Shown one piece after another: positions 23,601 through 35,375 of a stretch of DNA of 64,000 nt; position 1 is the stretch's first letter; every line of letters begins with the position of its first letter. The stretch lies in contig CP158636.1 in NCBI GenBank assembly GCA_050273025.1, positions 2,356,001 to 2,420,000 of the forward strand. The letters are read 5' to 3'. Under the pieces are notes generated by a model. That model was not told the DNA's origin and searched no databases. It worked only from the letters and a program-made list of their open reading frames with translations. Source of the DNA: Cenococcum geophilum. Taxonomy: Eukaryota. The position numbers and the translations under genes are program-made.

Positions 23601-26600
23601 GAGACGTATCTTAGTACCTATAAATAAAGTTATAACGTTTAGATTAGTATAATAAAGGTTTAAACTTAGGGATAAAGATAAGCTAAAAGTTGACCTAAAA
23701 CACCTAGCATACTATATATTATTATGGATTATATATATGGACGATATATGCGAAATATATAAGAATCTAAAGGAAAAGAATTGGAAATACCTTATAAGGA
23801 TATACTGGATAACGGATAAGTAATAGTATAGGAATGCTAAATATATATATAGATGGCATCTAGCAGAGGTCTAAGAGGAAGGAAGTTTAATACTTTAACT
23901 AGGAAGATTCTTTACGGAAGAATGCTTAGACGGATAATAGTGGTAGGAATGCCTAGAAAATATATGTCTATAGTATATTAAAGATAAAAAGCGAACTAGG
24001 TATTGGCTAAAGAGCGAGCTAAGTGCACTAGGATTAAGCAGCCAATAGTTAGGAAAAGTAGAGGCCTATAGGACTAGAGGGAGCTAGTGGTAGAGCCTTA
24101 GACCCTTAAAGGAATTTAAGGACAACACCTAAACTTATGAATTAATTGGTAAGATTAGTAGTTTAAAGCGCTAATAGATAATAAAGTAACGCGAAACTAT
24201 ATCTTATTAGTAGTAGTTAAAAGAATAGAACTACCTTATAGATAAAAGGAGTAACCTTACCTATTAGTTATGATTTTAGGGGATCTAATAACCTATAGAG
24301 GAGGGATTATTAATCTTAAAATAGGACCTATTTAGATAACTATTAAAGGAAGACTAATTGAGATGTCTTTTAATATCCTACCATTAGGACAGAATAAGGC
24401 AGTATTAGGTATACCTTAGTTATAGGAATATAATTTAAGGATTAATTAGATTATAGGTTAGGTTAATATTAGAGATACTTAATACTATAAGATGCGATAA
24501 TAAGCTAAGTTAGTATGGTACTAAGTAGGAGCAACCTATAAAGAAATAGAAAAAGGACTAAGTTATATACTAAAGAGATACTATAAGTATGGCAAAAAAC
24601 TATGGTTACTGAAAAGTGAAAAGCTGTTAGAATATACAGCATAGGACTATAAGATAGAGTTAGAACTAGGAATAAGTCTAAAGTTCTTTTTAATTTATAA
24701 GCTTACTAAAGAAGAAGGTAGAGCGTTAAAAGAGTTTATTTAGGAAAGTCTATAAAAAGGATATATTAGACTATTATAGTTATTAGCGGGTTATCTAGTA
24801 CTATTTATACTAAAGAAAAATGGCAAACTAAGGCTGTGTATTAACTATAGATAGTTAAATAGTATTACTAGGAAGGATAGGTATCCTTTACCTTTAATTA
24901 GCGAAATCTAAGATAGGATAGGCAATGCGTAAATTTTTACGAAGATAGATCTAAGATAGGCGTACTATTAGATTAAAATTAAGGAAGGCAATAAATAGAA
25001 GGCAGCCTTTAGATTAAAGAAAGGACTATATAAGCTATTAGTTATATAATTTAGGCTTATAAACGCACTAGTAACGTTCTAGAAGCGTATTAATAATATA
25101 TTAGGAGAACACTTAGATAAATTTGTTATAGTATATCTTAATAATATTATTATCTACTTAATAACTAAGGAAGAATATAGAGAATATGTTAAATAGGTTT
25201 TAAAGAGACTATAAGAAGAATAGATGCTAGTAGTAATTAAGAAATGCAAGTTCTTCACTAGGAAGACCGATTTTGTTAGATTTATTATTAAACTAGGCTA
25301 ACTTAATATAGATCTAAAGAAGATTAAGGCTATAGTAAATTGGTAGGAACTAGAGAACGTTATATAGTTAAGATTGTTTCTAGGGTTTTATAATTACTAT
25401 AGAAGGTTTATAGCGCAGTAGTTAAAGGATATTAAGCTATTTACGCGGTTAATAAAGAAAGAAGAACTATAGGCATAGGGAAAGGAGTAAAGAGAACTCT
25501 TTAAGAAAGTTAAAGAGTTATTTACCTAGGAGCTAGTTCTTAAGATCTATTAACTAGGACTAGAGACGGTTATAGAAATAGATGTATTAGACTATATATT
25601 AGGAGTATACTTTATATAAAGGCATTAAGATAGATGGTATCTAGTAGCATACTATAGTTAGAAGATAATACTACTAGAGTTAAACTATGACATCTATAAT
25701 AAGGAGTTATTAGGTATAGTTGCAGTATTAAAGAAATAGAGAGCATTCTTGCAAGGCATAGAAAAACTATTTATAGTTAAGATGGATTATAAGAACCTAA
25801 CAGAATTCCTAATAATAAAGGAACTTAACTAAAGATAGATTAGATAGGTAGAGATACTTATAGAATACTATTTTAAGATTTAGTATACTAAAGGTACAGA
25901 TAATACGCGGGTAGATGCTCTAAGCTATAAAGCTAAACTATAAAATAAGGAAAAGCTATTAGGGGCTTTATTGCGAAAAGATATAGATAGATTAATTAGG
26001 TATAATTATCCGAAAATTATAGCAACTTAAGAAGATAATAAACTAGAGAAAGTCTATAAGATACTAGAAAGCTTTTAGGTATAAAGAATTCTAAAAGCAT
26101 AGCTAGAAGATCCATAGACGGATATATACGAAAATTAAGAAGTAAAGTATATCCTAAAAAGCATAGCAGAGTAGTTTGTAGAGGACTTCTATAAGGGGCT
26201 AACTTAAGGACATAATAGAGCTATGGGCTTAGTGTTAAGACTCTAGAAGGAGTATATTATTAACGGAATCTAGAGGATAGCTAAAAGGGTTACTAAAGAG
26301 TGTTTAGATTACTAAAGGAATAAACTAATAAGGTATAAGCTATATAGAGGGCTATAACCTATTAAAATACTAGAGAGACTATAGGAGGTTATATTATAGG
26401 ACTTTATTATTAAGTTGCTAAAATTAAAAGATCCTATTACCGGATAAGATTATAACGCGATCTTAGTAATAGTAGATAAGCTTATAAAGTGGGGATACTT
26501 TATAGCATATACAGAAGAAATCTTAGCGGAGGATATTGCTAGAATTTACGTTAAAGAAGTATTTATAAGATATGGAGTACTAAGTAAGATTATATTAGAT

Positions 26601-28584
26601 AGAGATTTAAGATTTATAACAGCATTCTAGGAAGTGTTCTTAGCGGAGTAAGGAGTTTAAGTAGCAACTTCTACTATATATTATCCACAGATAGACAGTT
26701 AAATAGAAAGATTAAATTAGACACTAGAATAGTATTTAAGGTATTATATTAATTATGTATAGAATAATTAGGTATCGCTATTACTAGTTATATAGTTTGC
26801 ATATAATATAATACCCTAAAAAGGAATAGGTATATTACTATTTAAGGTAAATTATAGATATAAGCTAAGAACATCGTTGTTACTATAGCAAGTAAAGAAA
26901 ATAAGTAGTATAGCTAAAGAAAGAATAAAGGATTTAATAAATCTTTATATAAACCTTATAGAGACAGCTAAGGTAGTATAGCAGAGAATAAAAAGGTACT
27001 ATAATGCTAAGAGATCTGAGGGACTAGATCTTAAGGAGGGAGATAAAGTGTGGCTACTATATAAAAATTTCAAAAGTTAATAATTAAGTAAGAAATTGGA
27101 CTATGTTAGACTAGGACCTTTTAAAATTATATAGAGGATTTCACCGGTTACGTTTAAGTTAAACCTACCAGCTAAAATAAAGATTTACCCTATATAGTAT
27201 ATTATAATACTAGAGCTAGTATATAGGAATATTAAGCCATTAGGCTATAAAGTAGATATATATAGAGGACAAGAAGAAGATAAATAGTAAGTTTTAAAGA
27301 TCGTTAATTATAAGGACATTAACGACAAAATATAGTATAAGGTTAAGTAAATAGGCTATACTAAGACTACTTAGGAGCTATTAAAGAATTTAAAGAACGC
27401 TATAGGAAAGGTATAGGAGTATCGGAAGAGATTAGGTTAGGTAGTATTAATAAAGAAGAATTACCAAAGAATAAGTTACCTAAGGGGGACCTAAGAAGAG
27501 CAGTTGCTGAACTACTTGGATTTATTTCCTTCTTTATTAGAAGAGAATCCGTTTTTTTATTACCTAGTTTCTATAAACCTTATTCTATAAGTTTCTACTC
27601 CTTAGAACAAACCTTTTTACGAACCTTCTTAAGACGAAGTAGATAAGTAGACGCCGCAATTTAAGCATCTAGGGCCTTTTGTTCCGCGTTACGGGAATAT
27701 TTTAACTTAGTAAGGGCTTGCGATAGTTTACTATCTAGCCGCGTAGCAGTAGATTAAACATAAGACCCTAAGACAAATTAATTAGGGAACTAGACGATTA
27801 TTAAGAGTAATAGGTTGTGTATATTTAGCATTAGAAGTAGAGTAAACGTTATAGGATAAACAAATATTCGCTTTAGTATACTTTAAGTAAGAGGACGGTT
27901 ATTGCAAAGATAGGTTCGCCAACGTAATATAGACTAACCCCTCTTTTAAATAACGAGAATATGGAGATGGTATGATCTTACTAAGAGATAATATTGCAGC
28001 AATAGTGCGAGCACAACGTTGGGCGTATAAAGAAGAAATTGCTTTAGGTATAATAAGTAATAATATTAACTAAATTAATTAGACGGACATTATACCTTTA
28101 GTAAATAACTTAAAGATGTTTTAAATCTTTAAGGATAAAGATAAAGAGGAGGGAGATAGTGTTACGGACGCTTTAAGTATAATGTTATAACTACTTAGAG
28201 AAGAGATAAAAGAAGCTAGTTAGTTAATTTAGGTATAGTTTAGGATAGAGCTAATAGAACCATGTGACGAGGAATAGTAACTAAGGTTATATAATATGCT
28301 ATATATTAAACGAGAGGAATGAGGGGAACTTACGTACCTTATGTATAAGACGTATATTACGTATAAGAAGGATTTTATAGGAGTACGGTTGTGTATTTAA
28401 GGACCCTTAATCCCTACCTAGATAGTTTCTTCCTTGTAGTGATTCTTAGAATATAATTAGAGTTAATTTGTTGGGCAACCACTCCACCAGTTGTTATTAC
28501 GTTGTTGACTTTTGTACTTGTATTTCCTACACACCTAGCCCAATAACGAGCCTATCGTAGTTCTTGCTATAAGGTTCCGTTATA
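20634..28584 (+). mobile_element. Full-length Ty3/Gypsy chromovirus copy C, RIP-inactivated
   Basis: 425-bp LTRs at 20634-21058 and 28160-28584. TSD cgggg/taggg is RIP-compatible. PPT 'aaagaggagggagatag'. gag with zinc knuckle at ~22100, RT at ~24640-25300, integrase at ~26200-26880, chromodomain at ~27280. Confidence 0.95.
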
Positions 28585-29564
28585 TAGGGGAGTCTTAATA
28601 AGGCAAATCTAACTAATTAGATAACTTTAACCGCTAGTTAAAGTTTCTTAATATCTTCGCGCCGCGTATATATACTACCCGTCTCTTTATATATAAAATT
28701 AAAACACTCTTTCCCCTTTAAATTTTTTCCTTACTAAGGTTTTTTATAGGGTTTTATTAAGGCTTAAGTATATAAAGAATTAGGGATAACCCTTTTTAAA
28801 GGGGGGGGCATTATTAGGTAAAACCTAAGTAAATAATTATATAGCTATAAGGTATAGGCGACCCTAGGGCAACCTAGGGGTGACTTGCCTATAAGGTACG
28901 TGCTCTATATATACCTAAGGAAAACCCTTCCTACCTCGCATATAGACTCCTCCTTTTCCCTTAAGGATTTGTCTCTGTCTATATAATATACCTATTATTC
29001 TATTATTAAACTCCCTATCTATATCCTCACCTTATATATCCCTTTATTAATTTTAAGCAATTAATTAAATAATAAGCTATTAAAATAATTTATTTACTAA
29101 TATAAATAGCAATTAAATTCTATATAAGGGCTTTACTTATTAATTAGGTACTTAAATAGAAATTATAAAAAGTTATTCTCTTACCCTTATATTATAATTT
29201 AAAACTTTAACTACTAATTTAAATATTTTACGCCCTATTTATATTATAAATATTACTATATAACTTTATAAATAAACCTCTTTATATACTATATATCTAC
29301 TTTATAGCCCTCTATATATTATTATATAGGCCCTAATATAGTTATAAGCTCTACGTTTATATAGAGATAAAGAGCTTTATAAGGACCTTCGTAAGAACCT
29401 TTATAGATGAGCTTAGGGGTAAGTATAAGGCAGTATTGCCAGGGTATATAGTAGGGAGTAGGTAAGCCGAGTATAAGTTACATAGGGAGTCGATAGAAGA
29501 GGACGATATGGTAATAAGGGTAGGCAATAGCCTTATATAAAGACGAACCGATAGGGAGGAAGGA

Positions 29565-29653
29565 GGCTGTAAGCCCGAGGAGCTTATAAGGGGTGGCTAA
29601 GGCCTAGCCGAAGGCTAGCCTTGGCAGCCCCTAAGAGCTCCCGGGATGTAGCC
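29565..29653. repeat. GC-rich long imperfect hairpin
   Basis: Nested arms ggctgta/tgtagcc, cccg.ggagct/agctcccggg, agggg/cccct, gctaagg/ccttggc and ctagcc-gaa-ggctag. Confidence 0.75.
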
Positions 29654-29689
29654 GAGTAAGGGACCAAAAGTACCCTTACAGTAAGCTAT

Positions 29690-29855
29690 ATATAGAGCTC
29701 TACTAAAGCTCTATAAAAGCTCTATAAAAGCTCTACTTAAAGCTCTACTTAAAGCTCTACACGAGGCTCTACTTAAAGCCCTATTATAGCTCCACTTAAA
29801 GCTCTGCTCGAAGCTCTACTTAAAGCTCTATTAAGGCTCTATATGGAGCTCTACT
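29690..29855. repeat. Degenerate 11-12 bp minisatellite (AAAGCTCTACTT)n
   Basis: Tandem units; includes 'aagctctacacgaggctctac', identical to the 6.25-6.9 kb array. Confidence 0.8.
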
Positions 29856-30024
29856 AACACGCAATACTAATATACTAGGAAGACTCTATAATCGTCTATA
29901 CAAACGGCTCTACAATTAATCGATTTATTAATTAATTGCCTAGATGAACGCCTATATGAACGTCTATATAAACGCCCGTACGATGTTTAAGTTAATTTTT
30001 TGAAGTGGCGCCAAGAGGATCTGC

Positions 30025-30129
30025 AAATATTAAAAAAATATCGCCAATACTCGCCAATACTCGCCAATATTGATTAGTGCCAATATTGATCAATCTGATT
30101 GGCCAATATTGAAAATAAAAACCACGCTG
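30025..30129. mobile_element. Probable hAT-like MITE end with GCCAATA(C/T)T subterminal repeats
   Basis: Repeated gccaatact/gccaatattga motifs ending 'aaaaaccacgctg' (CAG-start TIR on the minus strand). No partner end found. Confidence 0.5.
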
Positions 30130-30640
30130 CTTGACCTAGGTTGTCAGCGTCGCCTTCGTGGAGTGCTGAGAAGTCGTCTGCTGAGACAATGACCGATTTT
30201 GCGGTGCCAGTCAGCTGCCGCAGGCGAGTAGCACACAGTTTCTTCTTCTCTTCTGTCTCAGGATTCCGGAGGTAGGACGTTGTGCAGGAAGCCAACTTGC
30301 TCTCCTTGTTCTACTCGTCCAGCCCAACTTTGTCTAGTCCAACTTCGACATTAAATCGAAAGTACGCTGCGTCCTGCTCGCGATTAAACCTCTTGAACAG
30401 CTTGTTGTGCACCCGGTTCGCGGACGTTGTTAGTTGGATGAGAGCTTTGACCTCCGCTGCTTGCTCTCCAAGTCCGAACCAACCACCGTTGTCTGGTAAT
30501 GAAGCTTCTGTCTCTGCACCAGTGCCCATTGATAGGAACACTCCGATTAGACAGCCCAGCCAGCGTTTCTTTGCTTCCTCATAGGCCTCTTCGCTAGGGT
30601 TATTGTACCCAAGTCCTGCATCCACGTAACGAACTGGGGG
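30130..30640 (-). pseudogene. Patatin-like phospholipase domain, C-terminal fragment
   Basis: YVDAGLGYNNP...EA...W...FLSMGTG...YFRFNVEVGLDKVGLDE*...TTSYL matches the fungal patatin C-terminal pattern. One in-frame TAG where Trp is expected. Truncated by MITE sequence on both sides. Confidence 0.8.
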
Positions 30641-31014
30641 CAGTGTTTTTATCCATATTCAATATCAATATGAGAGCGTATTGATATTGATATTGAACCG
30701 CCAACTCATATTGACATTTTATTGAATATTGAATATTGAGCCAGGCCTCCATACAAAGTCAAAGCACGTGATAAAGTAGGATCCGTGCACAAGTGTGGAC
30801 GCTACACCCACCCCCCTCCCCCCCTCCCTCCACCTCTCTCCCATCCTCTACCCGTCCTCTATGTAGTTATACAGATAAAGTAGGGGTATAGTATAGGTAG
30901 AGATATAGGAAAGAGGTAGGAAATAGGTAAAATAGAACAATACTGCTATATTTATTATAAAATATTCAATATTCAATAATTGCTAATCAATATTGAATAT
31001 GGATAAAAACACTG
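30641..31014. mobile_element. hAT-like MITE, 25-bp TIRs, no target duplication
   Basis: cagtgtttttatccatattcaatat at 30641 and its exact reverse complement ending at 31014. AATATTG subterminal repeats. Flanks actggggg and gccgtcaa differ. Confidence 0.85.
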
Positions 31015-31208
31015 GCCGTCAAAGCCGTAGCATATATTCAAATCTCCTGGTTTGTCGCACAGGTCATTGGCCGATTTTCTCAAAATCTTTTCATCAGTCC
31101 CTTGGAGCTGTTTACATTGGCCATTGTCTTTTGTACTCTGGTTTCGTACATTTTGTGGTGGAAGAAACCACTCGACGTCGATAAGCCGATAAACATGCGG
31201 AACGTTAA
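31015..31208 (+). pseudogene. Middle fragment of an uncharacterised fungal multi-pass membrane protein gene
   Basis: Stop-free AVKAVAYIQISWFVAQVIGRFSQNLFISPLELFTLAIVFCTLVSYILWWKKPLDVDKP. I recognise the K..Q..W..Q..R..LE..T..W.KP.D pattern as a common fungal hypothetical family. Confidence 0.7.
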
Positions 31209-32085
31209 TCCCCCAACGTAAATTTTAACCCGAGTTTATAAGTAATAAGCCAATCAATTTTAGAGCTTTATTATATAGACTTTAATTAATATATATAGAG
31301 ATAAGGTTTTCCAGAGGGAGACTCCCTGGGACCCCCTATATAGAGCTTTTGCTTAATTTAGAAGTAGTAATAAGATTAAGGCGCCTTAGTTACTACTAGA
31401 TAAGGATCTACTATAGTGACCAAGGCGCCCTACTTAAGCTGGGCTTAAGGATTATATTGGTTACAAATCTAGTATATATTTAGACTACAGAGCTTTAATA
31501 TAGAGCCCTCTATATAGGATCTAATATAGTAGATTATAATTCTAATTTAAAGCTTTATATACTAAATATTTTTAATATCTAATAACTAAATCGCTATATA
31601 GCTGGAATTAAAGTAAGTCTATTACCCTAACTTAATTAAATACGCATGTAGGAAGATATATAACTATATATAGAGACGTCTAATATAATTAAGTAACCAC
31701 ATTATTGCCTACCCAGTTTGGACGTATAATGACGCAATAGCTTAGCGATAACGTAATAGCTTAGCGCCGAGTAATAGGAGGGGGGAGAAGGGGGAGGAGA
31801 TTGGGGATGGCTTGGCCACTATAAGAAGGTTATAATATTAGTGTGGTATTAAACTTTAAAAATTATATCCCGGGAGCTTAATTAATAACCCCTATATAAA
31901 ATATTAATAACGTTTAATTATAGAGCTTTAAACTAGCAGATCTTTTAGGAATTCCTATTATAAGTAGCTCTAAGTGTAAAATCTAGAATATTTAGTAGTA
32001 ATATAAGTATAGGATAGGGGTATATATTTACGTTCCCAAATGTTATTATATAACGCAATTTTTAGGTAATAAAAACCGCTGTTAA

Positions 32086-32813
32086 CGTTGCTCAACTAAT
32101 ACCTACTAGAGGTTCCTCCGTCCTTTCTATCTCCTCTCTTACCCATTTCCTTATTAGATGCTATCTATATCGCTATATTAACTAATAGATCCCTTAATAG
32201 GGACTAAGAAGGGGTATTAGAGCACCTCTAGCTCTTATAAGGAAGAAGAAAAGAAGAGAGGAAGGTGTAGAGAAGGGAGTATTTATAAATAGGAGGAGGC
32301 CTACGAATAGGAGATTAGGCAGCTATAATATAGACATTAATATTGCTCGACTAATACCTACCGGACACCCCTCTATCCTTCCTATCTCCTCTCTTACCTA
32401 TCTCCTTATTAGATGCTGTTTATATCGCCACGTTAACTAATAAATCCCTTAGTAGGGATTAGGGAGGGGTATTAGAGCACCTCTAGCTCTTATAAGGAAG
32501 AAGAAAAGAAGAAAGGAAGGTATAGAGGAGGGAGTATTTATAGATGGGAGGAGGCCTATAAATAGGAGATTAGGCAGCTATAATATAGACATTAATATTA
32601 CTTAACTAATACCTACTAGACGCCCCTCTGTCCTTCCTATCTCCTCTCTTACCTATTTCCTTATTAGATACTATTTATATCGCCACGTTAACTAATAAAT
32701 CCCTTAGTAGGGACTAGGGAGGGGTATTAGAGCACCTCTAGCTCTTATAAAGAAGAAGAAAAAAGAAGAGAGGAAGGTATAGAGGAGGGAGTATTTATAG
32801 ATGGGAGGAGGCC
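32086..32813. repeat. 255-bp tandem repeat, ~2.8 copies
   Basis: Equivalent positions at 32091, 32346 and 32601. Confidence 0.92.
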
Positions 32814-32849
32814 CTATAAGTATGTGATTTAGTAAGTACTAATAGTATA

Positions 32850-33300
32850 AGATTCTTGTATAAGATGGGCTTAATTACTTACCAAAATATAGGGTGTCTT
32901 TGTTACTGTAGTAGCTACTATAGTAGTAAAGACGCCTTAAATATTTAATATAACTAACTATTAAGGCTATTAATAAGTAAAAGGTAGGCTACCGATGTGG
33001 TGTAAACGATATAGTTATTAATATTATTTATAGCCTATTTTTGCTTCTAGTATACGCGTAAATTATCCTTATATTTGGCGTAGAGCTAGTTATAGGCAGT
33101 AAGCTAGTTTAGGTCTAGCTTTGCTATTAATATAGCTGTAGGTAGTATATCCCTTAGTATAGGCCAACTTAGTAGTTCTAGCTTTAGAAGATTGTCTTTC
33201 TTCTTAAATAGGTTAATATACTGCTATACCTTATTAGTTTTAGCTATATCTTAGATAATAAAGAACTATTAAATCCAATTAGATAGCTTGTTAAGGATAA
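32850..33300 (-). mobile_element. Copia-like gag remnant
   Basis: De-RIPed minus-strand reading V.QYI.P...ELD.D.L.AY..LYA.YKD.LR resembles fungal Copia gag N-termini. Confidence 0.45.
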
Positions 33301-33333
33301 GGTTAATTTTTAATTTAGTAAAGGTTATATAGG

Positions 33334-35375
33334 TATCACCTGGGGGGTACTGCAATTGCAATATAAGGTAACAGGTTCTTTAATTTATTTGTGTTCTTTC
33401 GTAGAGGATTATAAGGATTATAGTGCCTAAATAGGGGGCTAATAAGTTACCGTAAAGATGACTAATCAGAGACATGACCACGTAACCTCTACTTATATAG
33501 ACACTGGCGACATTTATAAAAAGGAAAGAAGGTAAGAAAGTATAAAGGAGAAGTATATAGCAGTACGGTGCCAGCTTAGACGGACTATAGGCGTAACGGT
33601 ATAATTGTTTAGTTGGTAGACTCTATCTATATATTCCAATACTAGCAGTTCTTTCTTTATGCGTAAAACCACTAATATATAGACTTTATTAATGTAGTAT
33701 TTATAGCTTACAAAGGCTATAGGGGGGGGAGGAGTACGCTGGTATTTGGGGCGCGCTATTAACGTAATTTTCAACGTAGCAGATCTGTAGGGGAGGCAGC
33801 AGATAGTGACGTTCGTAGGTAAGGGGAGCTCGGCCGTAGAAAGGTCATTTAAGATAGCTGGAGCTGAGTTGCGCTGTTGCCAGGCAGGTTGCGGAGGTTC
33901 GTACGAGCTTAGCTACCATAGGTCCTTAGCTTTAGTTAAGGGGGAGAGTAAAGCTAGCGGAGCTTGCGTGGGCGGAGCTTATGCGGACGGAGCTTGCGCA
34001 GGCGGAGCTTCTGTAGACGGAGCTTGCGTAGGCGGAGCTTGCGTAGGCGGAGCTTGCGCGGACGGAGCTTGTGTGGATGAGGCTTGTGTAGGCGGAGCTT
34101 GCGCGGACGGAGCTTGTGTAGGCGGAGCTTGTGTAGACGGAGCTTGCGTGGACGGGGCTTGTGTAGATGGGGCTTGCGTGGGCGGAGCTTGCGTAGACGG
34201 AGATTGCGCGGACGAAGCTTATGTGGATGGAGCTTGCTAGGGTATAGACGCAGCAGGTAGTTAAGGTGTCCTAGGGGTGGTGGTAAGTGGGCGTAATTTG
34301 AGACGATAGTTGATAGTATACGAATTAAAGGGTCCTTCGCTGTTAATATATAGCTGAATTTCTGCATCTGACTATTCTATACGGTCGTCCTCGTAAGCGA
34401 CGTTGTATAGTGCTTGTAGTACTAACTTACTCTTTTTATTAAAGACCTATACTCTATTACGTTGGAGCAGTTATTTATGTCTTTTAATTATAGACCTATT
34501 AGCGTCCTTAAATATTTATACCTTAAAATTATTAAAGTCCTCTTAGTATAAATCCTATAGGGTTTTATCCTTAAAGTTGTAGCTAGTATACTTATTAATT
34601 TTAAAGTAAATATAATTAGTGATATCCTCTATAGTAGTTTCGTTGGTTAGGGTGATTCTATTAGCCTAGTTTAGACGTTAGGTTTGTGTATCAGATATAA
34701 TTAACTAGCGTAAATTGTGGTATAGGTTATAGTATAGGTCGTAGTGTAGGTAGGGGTGTAGGTAGGGGTGCTGCTAACGCTGCTGGGTGTACTAGCGCTT
34801 AGTAAAGAGGTTGTACTAGGTGTTAATTTTATATAATAGACGCGAACCGAATAAAGCCTTAGAGGAGTCGGTTCTTTAAGTTCCCAGGGCCTATATAGGA
34901 AGGGTTTTCCTTAATAAACACGATATGATTAACGGGCCTTAGTAGGAGCGATCGCGTGGTGTCTCTCTTAGGTATTAGGGGTACTGGCACTTAGTAAAGA
35001 GATTATATGGGGTTAATTTGTGTAATAGACGCGAACTAAACGAAGCCTTGGAGGAGTTGGTTTTTTAAGTTCCCAGGGCCTATATAGGAAGGGTTCTCCT
35101 TAGTAAACGCGATGAGATTAATAGGCCTTTTACAGGAGCAATCGCGTGTTATCTCTCTTCGTAATAACACCTAGCTAATCTGTAATATTAACTGATTAGT
35201 ATGGGTATTACCTAGGGGGTACTGTAATTGCAATATAAGGTAACAGGTTCTTTAATTTATTTATATTCTTTCGCAGAGGATCGTAAGGATCGCGGTGCCT
35301 AAATAGGGGGCTGATAAGTCACTGTAAGGATAACTAATCAGAGATATAATTACGTAACCTCTACTTGTATAGACA
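33334..35375 (-). mobile_element. LTR-like 170-bp direct repeats (33334-33503, 35206-35375) enclosing a Copia-type gag remnant
   Basis: TA(RIP of TG)...CA direct repeats. Internal minus-strand reading D.TLW..Y.EDF..F. Contains a 15-bp array and a ~190-bp duplication at 34798-35159. No TSD evident. Confidence 0.65.
33957..34237. repeat. 15-bp minisatellite (G[G/A]CGGAGCTTG[C/T]GT[A/G])n, probably coding QAP[P/S]T repeats on the minus strand
   Basis: About 19 tandem units; the period is a multiple of 3 and it lies within the gag remnant. Confidence 0.9.

Larger units (their letters stand above)
3366..29036 (+). mobile_element. Ty3/Gypsy chromovirus D (gag-PR-RT-RH-IN-chromodomain), RIP-inactivated; host of four nested insertions; 3' LTR at 28812-29036
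   Basis: RT motifs IKNRYPLPL (~5711), [25 protein letters not shown] (~5831) and VYLD.ILIY (~5972). RNase H at ~9350-9760, integrase at ~10620-11300. Chromodomain split at 11837/19816. PPT 'aaaggggggggcat' precedes the LTR at 28812. Confidence 0.9.

Noticed and set aside
28595..28650. Hammerhead-like GAAA-stem-GUH on the minus strand
   Set aside because: No CUGANGA in the required position, and the homologous copy at ~3350 reads GGAA.
33806..34367. ORFs with GGACV and KLRLH repeats
   Set aside because: Alternative frames of a 15-bp array inside a TE remnant.
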